Assembly (NCBI GenBank): GCA_003280225.1
Contig: QCFO01000008.1
Coordinates: 8,637 to 72,636 of the forward strand
Direction of reading: 5' to 3'
From: Prochlorococcus sp. AG-363-K07
GTDB lineage: Bacteria; Cyanobacteriota; Cyanobacteriia; PCC-6307; Cyanobiaceae
Length of the DNA: 64,000 bases
Position 1 is the stretch's first letter, and each line of letters begins with the position of its first letter. Position numbers and translations under genes: made by a program. Below, in pieces: positions 47,460 to 58,027 of this stretch. The notes below the pieces were generated by a model that saw only the letters and a list, made by a program, of their open reading frames with translations, searched no databases and was not told the DNA's origin.

Positions 47460-48911
47460 ATGAGTTATCGCTCTGACCGTCGCGCCAACAAATCATCTCG
47501 TTCTAGCCGCCCTGGTGACAGAAGAAGCTCGAATGATCGAAATTCTCCTGATCGTCGATCTAGAAGAAAAGGGGAGTCTTCTTTTGAACAAACTTCTGGG
47601 GCCTATGGCAAAAAACGTGAAAGTTGGAAAGATGATCAAGAACGTTTTGATCGAAATACTGGCGAACGAAGAAGGTTTCGGGGGGTACCTCAAGAAAATA
47701 AATACGGTCGAATGAGTGGTGGTTCAGTTAAGCAAAATTCAAAATCAAGCCGATTCCCTCGAAGAGAAAACAGCAAAGGTTCTTTTTCAAGACAAAAAGA
47801 TAGAAGAGTCGAAGACTCTTCATTTGCCAGAGAAAATAGCCACGTTAAACAAAGCCCATCTCGCAGTTACTTTTCAGCGGGACGAGATGAATTAGCTCCA
47901 AAAAATAGTAATGAATATACTTCTGAACCTGCATCTACAGATATTTTATGGGGCAGGCATTCTACTAAAGCAGCCCTTGAATCTGGAAGACCAGTCCATA
48001 GAATTTGGTGTACTCCAGAACTTAGAAGTTCTCATAGTTTTCTTCAGTTGCTTAGAGACGCGAAATCATCAGGAGTTCTAGTAGAAGAAGTTACTTGGGC
48101 AAGGCTTGGTCAGTTGACTAATGGAGCGATTCATCAGGGCATAGCGATACAGACAGCAGCCGCTGAAACTTTGCAGTTGAAATCACTTATTGAAGCTTGT
48201 AGCAAGTTGGAAGAACCTCCCCTTTTGTTGGCCCTTGATGGATTGACAGATCCTCAAAATTTAGGAGCGATTGTTCGCTCTGCTGAAGCCTTTGGGGCTC
48301 ATGGCTTAGTCCTTCCACAAAGAAGGAGTGCAGGATTGACAGGTTCTGTTGCAAAGGTTGCGGCAGGCGCTTTAGAGCATCTGCCTGTGGCTCGGGTAAT
48401 TAATCTCAATAGATCTCTAGAGGCTCTTAAGGATTCTGGATATACAGTTGTTGGACTAGCAGAAGAAGGTAATAAGACTCTCCCAGAAGTTGATTTAGAA
48501 GGTCCACTGGTTGTTGTGACTGGCTCTGAGGGGAAAGGCATCTCCCTTGTTACAAGAAGACATTGTGATTACCTTGTCAGGATTCCATTAAGGGGAGTAA
48601 CCCCTAGCCTTAACGCCTCAGCTGCTACTGCTGTATTTCTTTATGAGGTAGCAAGAAAAGGATGGATGAAAGGCCTATCTGGACAAGCACCTTCACCAAG
48701 GATGATTCGAGCTAAATTTGCTACCACTTCAATTGAAAATAACGATTCTGAAATTGATATTGATGCAAGACCATCAGAATTAGTAAATATCAAAGAAGAA
48801 AATCCTCAGATTGAAATTAGTTCTGCAGGAGAAGAAAATGATAAAACCACCTCTACTCAATTACTCTCAGATGCTAGTAAGGACCTTTTTAAGGAGAGTG
48901 TTCAGCTTTAA
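47460..48911 (+). CDS. rlmB: SpoU/TrmH-family 23S rRNA 2'-O-methyltransferase (RlmB-like) with long Arg/Ser-rich N-terminal extension
   Basis: The SPOUT core has LDGLTDPQNLGAIVRSAEAFG, VVTGSEGKGIS and IPLRGVTPSLNASAATAV. The first ~160 aa are RS/K/E-rich low complexity. Confidence 0.8.
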   Translation: MSYRSDRRANKSSRSSRPGDRRSSNDRNSPDRRSRRKGESSFEQTSGAYGKKRESWKDDQERFDRNTGERRRFRGVPQENKYGRMSGGSVKQNSKSSRFPRRENSKGSFSRQKDRRVEDSSFARENSHVKQSPSRSYFSAGRDELAPKNSNEYTSEPASTDILWGRHSTKAALESGRPVHRIWCTPELRSSHSFLQLLRDAKSSGVLVEEVTWARLGQLTNGAIHQGIAIQTAAAETLQLKSLIEACSKLEEPPLLLALDGLTDPQNLGAIVRSAEAFGAHGLVLPQRRSAGLTGSVAKVAAGALEHLPVARVINLNRSLEALKDSGYTVVGLAEEGNKTLPEVDLEGPLVVVTGSEGKGISLVTRRHCDYLVRIPLRGVTPSLNASAATAVFLYEVARKGWMKGLSGQAPSPRMIRAKFATTSIENNDSEIDIDARPSELVNIKEENPQIEISSAGEENDKTTSTQLLSDASKDLFKESVQL

Positions 48912-48974
48912 ACAGCTTCCCATACGTCAGGGAACTCAATCCTTTCAGTATCCAAACATACTTTAGAAGGCAGA

Positions 48975-49229
48975 ATGGCTAAACATGCTTTAGTTCTTAT
49001 GAGTCCAATTAAGGGGCTTCGTAATTTCGGCAATACTCTTGGGGTAGCCTGGTGGGCGAAAGTTGAGACCAATAAACCTAATGTGACTTATTGGTTTGGA
49101 CCTTTTCTTACACGAAGGAGTTTAAAGCTAAACCTCTCAGACTTTGAACAAGATCTTTCTATTGAGGGCTCTAATTCTGTCAGGCACACATTTGTTAGAG
49201 GTAGACGAAAGGAACCTTTGACTATTTAA
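48975..49229 (+). CDS. DUF1816-family protein
   Basis: The sequence is WWAKVETNKPNVTYWFGPFLTRRSLKLNLSDFEQDL. The family assignment is from memory. Confidence 0.6.
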   Translation: MAKHALVLMSPIKGLRNFGNTLGVAWWAKVETNKPNVTYWFGPFLTRRSLKLNLSDFEQDLSIEGSNSVRHTFVRGRRKEPLTI

Positions 49230-49283
49230 GAAACTCGTCATTTGCGCCTGATGGCGTCAGAATTAAACAAAGCTACTAATTAG

Positions 49284-50744
49284 ATGTCAATAGCAGAATG
49301 GCGTCAGCAGCTCAAACTTGGCAAGGTCTCTTCGTTAGAACTTGTCGAAGAGAAGTTAGCACGCATTAAAAAGGTAGATGGCAAGTTACACGCCTTTTTA
49401 GAAGTTACTTCAGATAGAGCAAGAGCTGATGCTAAAAGAATTGATGAAGCAAGGGCCAAAGGACAAGAATTGCCTCCTTTAGCGGGTATCCCCTTTGCTA
49501 TTAAAGATAATCTTTGTACCAAGGGAGTTTTAACTACATGTTCAAGCAAAATGCTTGAACAATTCGTTCCTCCATATGAGTCCACCGTTACAGAAAGACT
49601 TTGGAATTCAGGTGCTGTTCTTTTGGGTAAAACAAATCTCGATGAGTTTGCTATGGGAAGCTCAACTGAAACGTCCGCTTTTGGAGCCACGGCAAACCCT
49701 TGGAATTTAGCGAGAGTACCTGGAGGTAGCTCAGGAGGAAGTGCTGCTGCAGTTGCATCCGGAGAATGTATAGCTTCACTTGGCTCTGATACAGGAGGTT
49801 CAATACGACAACCTGCTTCATTTTGTGGAGTGGTTGGTTTGAAACCAACTTATGGAAGAGTTAGTCGATGGGGCTTAGTTGCTTTCGCAAGTTCTTTAGA
49901 TCAGGTTGGGCCTTTTACTACTACTGTTGCAGATTCTGCTGAGATTTTGCAGGTAATTGCTGGTCGGGATAGCCGTGATTCGACCTGTTTAGAGGTGGCT
50001 GTTCCTAATTATTCAGAAACTTTGAACAATTCGATTTCAGGAATGCGTGTTGGATTAATTAAGGAATGTTTTGAGCAAAATGGTTTGTCCGATGAAGTAA
50101 AGAAATCAGTCCTTGAATCTGCTCAAAAGCTACAACTTCTTGGAGCAGAGTTAAAAGAAGTTAGTTGCCCTCGGTTTAATGATGGGATCGCAACTTATTA
50201 CGTCATTGCTCCATCAGAAGCCTCGGCAAATCTTGCTAGATACGACGGGGTTAAATATGGATATAGGTCAATGTCGACCGACAACTTGTCTTCAATGACT
50301 ACGGCTAGTCGGACAGAGGGATTTGGGAGCGAGGTTAAGCGTCGTATTTTGGTAGGAACCTACGCTCTTTCTGCAGGATATGTAGATGCCTATTACAAGA
50401 AAGCTCAGAAAGTACGAACACTTATTAGAAATGATTTTGATAATGCTTTTAAACAAGTAGATGTGTTGCTAACACCGACGGCACCAACTACAGCCTTTAA
50501 GGTTGGTACTCATTCGGCAGACCCAGTGTCAATGTATCTTTCTGATTTACTGACAATCCCGGCAAACCTGGCAGGCTTACCTGCAATAAGTCTCCCTTGT
50601 GGATTTGACGAAGCAGGATTGCCAATTGGAATGCAGTTAATTGGCAATGTTTTAGAAGAGTCTCGTTTATTAAATGTGGCACATCAATATGAACTTGAGG
50701 CCGGAGTGATGTCTGGCTCTCCAGCAGGTGAGCTAATTGTTTAA
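49284..50744 (+). CDS. gatA: Glutamyl-tRNA(Gln) amidotransferase subunit A
   Basis: It has the amidase signature [14 protein letters not shown]...[16 protein letters not shown]. Confidence 0.95.
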   Translation: MSIAEWRQQLKLGKVSSLELVEEKLARIKKVDGKLHAFLEVTSDRARADAKRIDEARAKGQELPPLAGIPFAIKDNLCTKGVLTTCSSKMLEQFVPPYESTVTERLWNSGAVLLGKTNLDEFAMGSSTETSAFGATANPWNLARVPGGSSGGSAAAVASGECIASLGSDTGGSIRQPASFCGVVGLKPTYGRVSRWGLVAFASSLDQVGPFTTTVADSAEILQVIAGRDSRDSTCLEVAVPNYSETLNNSISGMRVGLIKECFEQNGLSDEVKKSVLESAQKLQLLGAELKEVSCPRFNDGIATYYVIAPSEASANLARYDGVKYGYRSMSTDNLSSMTTASRTEGFGSEVKRRILVGTYALSAGYVDAYYKKAQKVRTLIRNDFDNAFKQVDVLLTPTAPTTAFKVGTHSADPVSMYLSDLLTIPANLAGLPAISLPCGFDEAGLPIGMQLIGNVLEESRLLNVAHQYELEAGVMSGSPAGELIV

Positions 50745-50820
50745 AAATGCTGAGGTACCATATCTGGTGTCCTTTTACTGATTAAAACCTCTTATCTTGT
50801 GTCCGAGAGCAACTTGTTTG

Positions 50821-53800
50821 ATGGGATTTGTTCCTTTACATAACCATAGTGACTACAGCCTTCTCGATGGGGCTAGTCAGCTACCAAAGATGGTTGAAAG
50901 GGCCAAAGAACTCGGAATTAGTGCTCTTGCTTTGACGGATCATGGAGTGATGTACGGAGCTATTGAGCTTCTAAAACTTTGCAAGGCTGAAGGTATTAAG
51001 CCGATAATTGGTAATGAAATGTACATAATTAATGGATCAATCGATGATCCTCAGCCTAAAAAAGAACGGCGATACCATCTTGTTGTCCTTGCTAAGAATT
51101 CTCAAGGATATAAGAATCTGGTCAAGCTTACGAGCATCAGTCATCTTCGCGGAATGAGAGGTCGAGGGATTTTTTCTAGACCTTGTATTGATAAGCACTT
51201 GTTGAAAAAATACAGTGAGGGACTGATTATTTCTACAGCTTGTCTTGGAGGAGAGATCCCTCAGGCAATCTTGCGTGGCCGTCATGAAGTAGCAAAAGAT
51301 GTTGCTGCTTGGTATAAAGAAATTTTTGGGGATGACTTTTATTTAGAAATCCAAGATCATGGCTCCTATGAAGATCGAATCGTCAATGTTGTAATTAAAG
51401 AAATTTCGGATAAACTGAAGATTAAGTTAATAGCAACGAACGACGCTCATTATCTCACCAAGAATGATGTAGAAGCGCATGACGCCTTGTTATGTGTTCT
51501 TACAGGAAAGCTAATTACAGATGAGAAACGTCTTCGTTATACAGGAACAGAATATATAAAGTCAGAAGAAGAAATGAATAGGCTATATGCTGATCATCTC
51601 GAACCATCGACTGTTCACCAAGCTATTAATAACACAGTAGAAGTAGCATCAAAGGTTGAGGATTACGATATATTAGGAACTTATAAAATGCCCAGATTCC
51701 CAATTCCTAAAGGGTATACACCTATTAGTTATTTAAGAGAAGTTTCTGAAGATGGTTTAAAGAAAAGATTTAAACAAGTTGGACTGGAGAACATAGATGA
51801 GGAATACATAATTCGTCTTTCGTATGAAATAGATGTTATAGAACAAATGGGATTTCCTACATACTTTCTTGTCGTTTGGGACTATATTCGTTTTGCTAGA
51901 GAAAAAGGTATAGCTGTTGGACCTGGTAGAGGATCTGCAGCTGGATCTTTAGTGGCTTTCGCTTTGGGAATTACAAATATTGACCCTGTTGAGAATGGGT
52001 TGCTTTTCGAGAGATTTTTGAATCCTGAACGCAAGTCTATGCCTGATATTGATACTGACTTTTGTATTGAAAGGAGAGGTGAGGTGATTGATTATGTCAC
52101 TTCTAGATATGGTGAAAATAAAGTTGCTCAAATTATTACTTTTAACAGGATGACTTCTAAAGCAGTTTTAAAGGATGTTGCAAGAGTGTTGGATATACCT
52201 TATGGAGAGGCAGATCGATTGGCAAAGCTAATTCCAGTTGTGCGAGGTAAACCAGCTAAGTTGTTATCCATGATAGGAGATCAATCTCCAAATCCTGATT
52301 TCCGAGAAAAATATAAGAATGATCCAGTAGTTACTAAATGGGTCGATATGGCAATTAGAATAGAAGGAACAAACAAAACTTTTGGTGTTCATGCCGCAGG
52401 GGTTGTTATAGCTGCTGATCCATTAGACAATTTAGTCCCTTTACAACGTAATAACGAAGGACAAATAATTACGCAATATTTTATGGAGGATGTTGAATCT
52501 ATGGGACTTTTGAAAATGGATTTTTTAGGTTTGAAAAATCTTACTATGATTGAGAAAACTATAGATTTAGTCGAACAAAGTATTGGTATGAGATTGGACC
52601 CTTCATCACTTTCATATGAAGACAAAAAAACTTATCAGTTACTATCAAGAGGAGATCTAGAGGGAATATTTCAGCTTGAATCAAGTGGAATGAGGCAAAT
52701 AGTTCGCGATTTAAGACCATCATCCCTTGAAGATATTTCGTCAATTCTTGCTTTGTATCGTCCAGGCCCACTAGATGCTGGACTGATACCAAAGTTTATT
52801 AATCGCAAGCATGGTCGAGAAGTTATTGATTTTGCACACGCATCTTTAGAGCCAATCCTAAAGGAAACATATGGAATCATGGTTTATCAGGAGCAGATTA
52901 TGAAAATTGCTCAAGATTTGGCTGGCTATACCCTTGGTCAGGCAGATCTTTTGCGCAGGGCAATGGGCAAAAAAAAGGTATCAGAGATGCAAAAACATAG
53001 AGATGTATTTGTTAAGGGCGCTAGCTCAAAGGGAGTCGAATTGACACTTGCTAATCAATTATTTGATCAAATGGTTTTGTTTGCAGAATATTGTTTTAAT
53101 AAAAGTCATTCAACAGCTTATGGGGCAGTTACTTATCAAACAGCATATTTAAAGGCACATTATCCTGTTGCTTATATGGCAGCACTCTTAACTGTAAATT
53201 CAGGATCTACAGAAAAGGTTCAACGTTATATCTCAAACTGCAATTCTATGGGTATTGAGGTTATGTCTCCCGATGTAAATGCTTCAGGAATTGATTTTAC
53301 TCCTCTTGATAATAAAATTCTTTTTGGATTATCAGCTGTAAGAAATTTAGGAGATGGATCTATTAGGCAGCTCATAAATAACCGTGAGAAGTTTGGTCCA
53401 TTTAAGTCATTACCCGATATCTGTGATCGCCTCCCAGTATCAATATTGAATAGAAGATCATTGGAGGCACTAATTCATTGTGGTGCTCTCGATGCCTTGC
53501 AAGTTGATGCTAATCGGGCCCAACTTATAAAGGATTTGGACTTGCTTATTGATTGGGCTAATTCTAGAGCCAAAGATCGAGAAAGAGGGCAGGGCAATCT
53601 TTTTGACTTTGTTGTTGCAGAAGAAACCGCAATTTCCACCACTATTCCAACATCACCTTCAGTCCCAGACTACTTGCCCATTGAAAAATTAAGGCTCGAA
53701 AAAGAATTGGTAGGTTTTTATTTGTCTGATCATCCTTTAAAGCAACTTTCTCCTCCATCAAAGTTGGTAGCCCCTATTGGCTTAGTAACACTGGAGGAGC

Positions 53801-54330
53801 AAAAAGATAAGTCCAAGATTTCAGCGATTGTGATGATCTCCGAAATGCGTCAGGTGACTACTCGTAAGGGAGACAGAATGGCCATCCTTCAACTTGAGGA
53901 TCTTACTGGTTCTTGTGAAGCTGTTGTCTTTCCTAAGACTTATGTACGATTATCAGATTTCTTGATGCTAGAAGCTCGTTTACTTATGTGGGCATCTGTA
54001 GATAGACGTGATGAGAAGGTTCAATTAATTGTTGATGATTGTAGAAGTATTGACGATCTGAGACTTTTGTTAGTTGATCTGCAACCAGAGGAAGCTAACG
54101 ATATTGAAGTTCAACATCGTTTAAGGGAGTGTCTATTTAAACATCGACCAGGTAAGGAGGAATTTGGTGCAAGAGTACCTGTTGTAGCAACAATTAGAGA
54201 CGGTCAATCCGTACGTTATGTAAGGCTAGGACATCAATTTTGTGTTGCTAATGTAAATGATGCAATTAAATCTTTGAGGGCAAAGTCTTTTCAAGCAAGA
54301 TTTAGTGAAAATCTAGTTAGGATTAATTAA
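50821..54330 (+). CDS. dnaE: DNA polymerase III alpha subunit
   Basis: It has the PHP-domain N-terminus [15 protein letters not shown], a polymerase core and a C-terminal OB region. The ATG at 50821 is preferred over the TTG at 50797. Confidence 0.95.
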   Translation: MGFVPLHNHSDYSLLDGASQLPKMVERAKELGISALALTDHGVMYGAIELLKLCKAEGIKPIIGNEMYIINGSIDDPQPKKERRYHLVVLAKNSQGYKNLVKLTSISHLRGMRGRGIFSRPCIDKHLLKKYSEGLIISTACLGGEIPQAILRGRHEVAKDVAAWYKEIFGDDFYLEIQDHGSYEDRIVNVVIKEISDKLKIKLIATNDAHYLTKNDVEAHDALLCVLTGKLITDEKRLRYTGTEYIKSEEEMNRLYADHLEPSTVHQAINNTVEVASKVEDYDILGTYKMPRFPIPKGYTPISYLREVSEDGLKKRFKQVGLENIDEEYIIRLSYEIDVIEQMGFPTYFLVVWDYIRFAREKGIAVGPGRGSAAGSLVAFALGITNIDPVENGLLFERFLNPERKSMPDIDTDFCIERRGEVIDYVTSRYGENKVAQIITFNRMTSKAVLKDVARVLDIPYGEADRLAKLIPVVRGKPAKLLSMIGDQSPNPDFREKYKNDPVVTKWVDMAIRIEGTNKTFGVHAAGVVIAADPLDNLVPLQRNNEGQIITQYFMEDVESMGLLKMDFLGLKNLTMIEKTIDLVEQSIGMRLDPSSLSYEDKKTYQLLSRGDLEGIFQLESSGMRQIVRDLRPSSLEDISSILALYRPGPLDAGLIPKFINRKHGREVIDFAHASLEPILKETYGIMVYQEQIMKIAQDLAGYTLGQADLLRRAMGKKKVSEMQKHRDVFVKGASSKGVELTLANQLFDQMVLFAEYCFNKSHSTAYGAVTYQTAYLKAHYPVAYMAALLTVNSGSTEKVQRYISNCNSMGIEVMSPDVNASGIDFTPLDNKILFGLSAVRNLGDGSIRQLINNREKFGPFKSLPDICDRLPVSILNRRSLEALIHCGALDALQVDANRAQLIKDLDLLIDWANSRAKDRERGQGNLFDFVVAEETAISTTIPTSPSVPDYLPIEKLRLEKELVGFYLSDHPLKQLSPPSKLVAPIGLVTLEEQKDKSKISAIVMISEMRQVTTRKGDRMAILQLEDLTGSCEAVVFPKTYVRLSDFLMLEARLLMWASVDRRDEKVQLIVDDCRSIDDLRLLLVDLQPEEANDIEVQHRLRECLFKHRPGKEEFGARVPVVATIRDGQSVRYVRLGHQFCVANVNDAIKSLRAKSFQARFSENLVRIN

Positions 54331-54763
54331 CTTTTTTTACCTCTTGATTTTTTGTTTCGTTTAAGGCGCTAAATGCGGCTTTCATTCTTGATATGTTCGG
54401 TTTAATATTCTCAAATCCTAAAAGCGATCCTTTAGAGCTTTCCCAGCTACAAGAGAGTATTCCGAAACTTAGTCCTAAAAGTCCTAGAAGAAAGCATGAT
54501 GCAGAGATAAGCAAAGTTAATGCTGGAGGTACATCGGCAATCCCTTTGGTGATTAATAGATAACTGATAACGAATACTGCCATTCCACTAAATGTAGGAA
54601 TACCTGTTGTTACAGCTATTCTTCTTGCCATTCTATTGGCTACATTTTTAGGGATTCCAGAGCTTTTTTTTGACTTGGTTTTCGCGCTTTTTCTACCCCT
54701 TTTTTGGGGGGATGGTTGTGCTCCTTCAACTTGAAAGGCTTTGGGCTTAGGTGGTTCGGCCAT
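54323..54763 (-). CDS. PAM68-like (DUF3464) thylakoid membrane protein
   Basis: It has a basic N-terminus, then [34 protein letters not shown], and two TM helices. Confidence 0.7.
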   Translation of the reverse strand: MAEPPKPKAFQVEGAQPSPQKRGRKSAKTKSKKSSGIPKNVANRMARRIAVTTGIPTFSGMAVFVISYLLITKGIADVPPALTLLISASCFLLGLLGLSFGILSCSWESSKGSLLGFENIKPNISRMKAAFSALNETKNQEVKKVN

Positions 54764-54801
54764 TTTTTTTTAAGGTGAGAGAGCTCGAAGCGCCTTTCTT
54801 A

Positions 54802-55071
54802 TCAACCTCTAATCCCAAGTTTCCCTACAAGATCTGTAAATCGCTTCTCACTCTTTTCTCGAACATAGGTAAGAAGACGCTTCCGTTGACCAATCATTTT
54901 GAGAAGGCCTTTTCTGGATGAATAATCATGACTGTTCTTTTGTAGGTGCCCACTTAGTTTTGAAATCCTTTCCGAGAGCATCGCTACTTGGACTTCTGCT
55001 GACCCAGTATCTGTTCCATGGTTTTGATAACTGTTGATTAGTTTTTGTTTTTCTGCTGTATCGAGCGACAT
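54802..55071 (-). CDS. rpsO: 30S ribosomal protein S15
   Basis: It has [48 protein letters not shown]. Confidence 0.95.
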   Translation of the reverse strand: MSLDTAEKQKLINSYQNHGTDTGSAEVQVAMLSERISKLSGHLQKNSHDYSSRKGLLKMIGQRKRLLTYVREKSEKRFTDLVGKLGIRG

Positions 55072-55127
55072 GTTTTCAGAAGAGGTACTTGATCCTACTA
55101 AAACACTAATTTAGCGCCTAGAGCTCC

Positions 55128-55808
55128 TTATTTGCCTGATTCCTTGCTGAGCCATATAAGACAAGCCTTGAGAAAGGTCTCTATCTCTTCTCTGGTTGTT
55201 TCTCCTGTGGCTGCTTCCTGTTTCTTGTTTACTTGGTAATCCCCAATGCTTGCCATTAGGGCTTGTTCTATTTCAACCTCTTCATAGCCTAGTTCTTCCA
55301 AGGTCTGTGTGATTTCTGCAATGTCAGAGTTTGTGAAGGGAGGTAACCTTTTGTCAGCAATTACATTGGATGCCTTTATTTCTTGAGCTGAGTCGAATCG
55401 TTCAAGTTTGTGCCTTAATTCAATGGATAATCTCTCAGCTGTTCGTTTTCCTATTCCTTGTGCCTGTGTCAGGGTCTTTAAGTCTTTATTCACAATGGCA
55501 TCAATAAGTTGATTTATTTCTATTTCTTCTAAGAGTGCCATGGCAATTTGAGGGCCAATTCCACTCACACTGATTAATAAACGAAATAGATCTCGCTCTC
55601 CTTTCTCTTCAAAACCATAGAGGTAATCTCCATCCTCCCTTGTTATCTGATGAATCCAGACTTTTACAATTCCATCCGATTCAACCAATGCTTTATGACG
55701 CGATAGCAAATGGATTTCGTATCCGATACCAGAGCAAGCCAAGATAATGCCCTGCTTCAAAGCTTGTTCCCAAATGTCTATTTTTTGTCCTTTCAGCCAG
55801 CCAATCAT
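55128..55808 (-). CDS. ruvA: Holliday junction helicase subunit RuvA
   Basis: It has MIGWLKG at the N-terminus and the HhH motifs LISVSGIGPQIAMALL and AQGIGKRTAERL. Confidence 0.9.
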   Translation of the reverse strand: MIGWLKGQKIDIWEQALKQGIILACSGIGYEIHLLSRHKALVESDGIVKVWIHQITREDGDYLYGFEEKGERDLFRLLISVSGIGPQIAMALLEEIEINQLIDAIVNKDLKTLTQAQGIGKRTAERLSIELRHKLERFDSAQEIKASNVIADKRLPPFTNSDIAEITQTLEELGYEEVEIEQALMASIGDYQVNKKQEAATGETTREEIETFLKACLIWLSKESGK

Positions 55809-55870
55809 GTGATTGCTCTTCTTTTATTCATGTTGCCTGAACTGACCATCCTGGTTCTTTCCACTCTGAA

Positions 55871-56308
55871 ATGTCCTTTTATCTAAAAAAAATCTTAGCT
55901 TTTTCATTGGTAATTTTAATTTCTCTAACTCAATATGGCTTTTCATTTCTTGGCTCTCAGAGACCATCGAAATCCGTAATCAAAGATGCTATAGGTCTGC
56001 AAATACATCTAGCAGAAGGATCACTTCGTCAGTCTTTAGAGCTAAATTCTGAGCAGGGGCTTGAAGAAGTCCTTTCTCTTAATGTCGATTCAATTGAATT
56101 TCTTGACATTCCCAACAGAACGATTTTTGTAGTAAAAGGTTACTGTGATTGGGGAATTCCAAATAAAAAAGAGAAAATCCTTAGCTATTTCAAAGTGCTA
56201 TTAGAACAAGGTGAAATGGTGGAAAGTTGGAGATTAGCTTTGGCTATCCCAAAATCTATTGACTCAAAAGAGGAGTTTGTTACTTACCCTCTTCCTATTA
56301 AAAATTAG
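55871..56308 (+). CDS. Hypothetical protein with N-terminal signal/anchor
   Basis: The signal/anchor is LKKILAFSLVILISLTQYGFSFLG. No family recognised. Confidence 0.5.
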   Translation: MSFYLKKILAFSLVILISLTQYGFSFLGSQRPSKSVIKDAIGLQIHLAEGSLRQSLELNSEQGLEEVLSLNVDSIEFLDIPNRTIFVVKGYCDWGIPNKKEKILSYFKVLLEQGEMVESWRLALAIPKSIDSKEEFVTYPLPIKN

Positions 56309-56414
56309 TTAATTTATAAATTTATTTAAACTTGTAGATAATGACGAATGTTCTTTTTTATAGCCAGTTTTTGTTTCCAATGTCTTGATTATTAGTCAAA
56401 AATTCATTGGTTAA

Positions 56415-56822
56415 CTAGCCTCCATCAATTTGACAACCAAGCATTGCGCCTGCAGCTCCACCTGCTGGAATTGCCCACCATCTATCTTTTCCTCTGGATC
56501 CAGTGGTAGCCAACCCAGCTCCGAGTAATCCACCTATAAGAGTGCCTTCGCTGCAGTCGTTTGTATCTACTTTTTGGGGCTGTGATGGCTGTGGCTGTGC
56601 AGGCCTTACAGTTGAAAATGCTCTTGAATTGCAAGGTACTTCCACGGTTTCTGTCCAGTTACGTACATAACCTGGGGAGTTTTGGGTTCCAGGTACGTAC
56701 TCTTCCCTGTATTCATTTCTTGTACAGGTTCTTGAAGATGAATATCCTGGCTGGAATTCTCCTCTCGCTAAAGCTGGTGTTACTGAACTGAGGCTAATTA
56801 GCGCGGCAAGTACTAGCTTCAT
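56415..56822 (-). CDS. Secreted glycine-zipper protein
   Basis: The signal peptide is MKLVLAALISLSSVTPALA. The C-terminal glycine zipper is IGGLLGAGLATTGSRGKDRWWAIPAGGAAGAMLG. Confidence 0.55.
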   Translation of the reverse strand: MKLVLAALISLSSVTPALARGEFQPGYSSSRTCTRNEYREEYVPGTQNSPGYVRNWTETVEVPCNSRAFSTVRPAQPQPSQPQKVDTNDCSEGTLIGGLLGAGLATTGSRGKDRWWAIPAGGAAGAMLGCQIDGG

Positions 56823-57003
56823 TGCTTTATGGGGTTGCAGGGGGAGGTGTGGAAGGAGATTGAACGTTTTGATATATCCCTATTCTGACTCTAGTGGCTT
56901 TCTCAAGGCAAGTGGTATTTAACCTTAAAAATAATTCACCGTTAAACTTCTAGTCTTGGAATGATGCCTTTTGAGCATTACTCCGATATTAGTAGTATTT
57001 TTC

Positions 57004-57903
57004 TCATATCTTGCGTTTTAATGTTTGATGGATATCTCTCTTTATACACAACAATGTAGAGAAGAATACCAGTAAAGCACCACCTGAAGCGGACAAGCTA
57101 ATTCTCTCATCGAAGAAAATAAATCCCAACATTGCAGAGAAAACTACTTGTATATAATTTATTGAGGTTGCATTTGCAGCAGGCAGGAGTGTTAGACCTT
57201 CTGTTATGCACATTTGACCTATTTGTGTTAGAAGACCAACCCCTAATAACCATAACCATTCGAAACCAATAGGTAAAATTCCTGTATTGGCACAGAAAGG
57301 AAATATAACTACTGTTGATACCAAAGGGAAGTAGTTAATTATAACTAGAGGATGTTCCGTTTTTGATAACTTGCGAACACATACATACGCTAATGCTGTT
57401 AGGAATGCCCCTGCTAGTGCTATCAAAATAGAACTAGATAGAAGTATATCCTTAGTTGCTATTGTTATGTTCTCGTTCGCCACCATACTTATTCCTATCC
57501 AGCCAAGTATCACTGCTAATACAATACGAAAACCTATAGGTTCTTTTAATAAGATCCATGCTGCAATAGCTGTAAAAGTTGGATATGCATATTGAACCGT
57601 TGTAGCAGAAGCTAATGGTAGTTTAGTAATAGAGATAAAAAAACAAAATAGTGCCGAAGTACCTAGCAAACCCCTTAAAATTAGAAGTTGTTTATTTTTT
57701 CCCCAAGGGGATATACCTGCTTTAGCTATCATTAAGTTTGTAATGACCAAACTTATAAGAGATCTTCCTAAAACGATTTCTGCGACGGGAATTCGACCCC
57801 CTAGCTTTTTAACACATACGCTCATCAGGCTGAAGGCTAATGCACTTCCAATTAGAGCAAGGTACCCTTTGACATTATTTTGACTCTTATAGTGAACTAC
57901 CAT
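57004..57903 (-). CDS. DMT-superfamily (EamA-like) transporter
   Basis: It has ten predicted TM segments in two EamA-type halves and is 299 aa. Confidence 0.85.
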   Translation of the reverse strand: MVVHYKSQNNVKGYLALIGSALAFSLMSVCVKKLGGRIPVAEIVLGRSLISLVITNLMIAKAGISPWGKNKQLLILRGLLGTSALFCFFISITKLPLASATTVQYAYPTFTAIAAWILLKEPIGFRIVLAVILGWIGISMVANENITIATKDILLSSSILIALAGAFLTALAYVCVRKLSKTEHPLVIINYFPLVSTVVIFPFCANTGILPIGFEWLWLLGVGLLTQIGQMCITEGLTLLPAANATSINYIQVVFSAMLGFIFFDERISLSASGGALLVFFSTLLCIKRDIHQTLKRKI

Positions 57904-58027
57904 TTGTTTTGTTTTCTGCAGTTTTATTGAGAATTTCTTGTTCTAACTACAATTCCTAACCAACGTTCTTTTCCTAGTGCTATGAACAGTTCCATATCGA
58001 TACACCTTTTCTAGTTTCGTCGTTTTA

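Noticed and set aside
54323-54330. 8-nt convergent overlap of the dnaE and PAM68-like gene 3' ends.
   Set aside because: This is an ordinary consequence of genome compaction, and no hairpin or additional signal was seen there.
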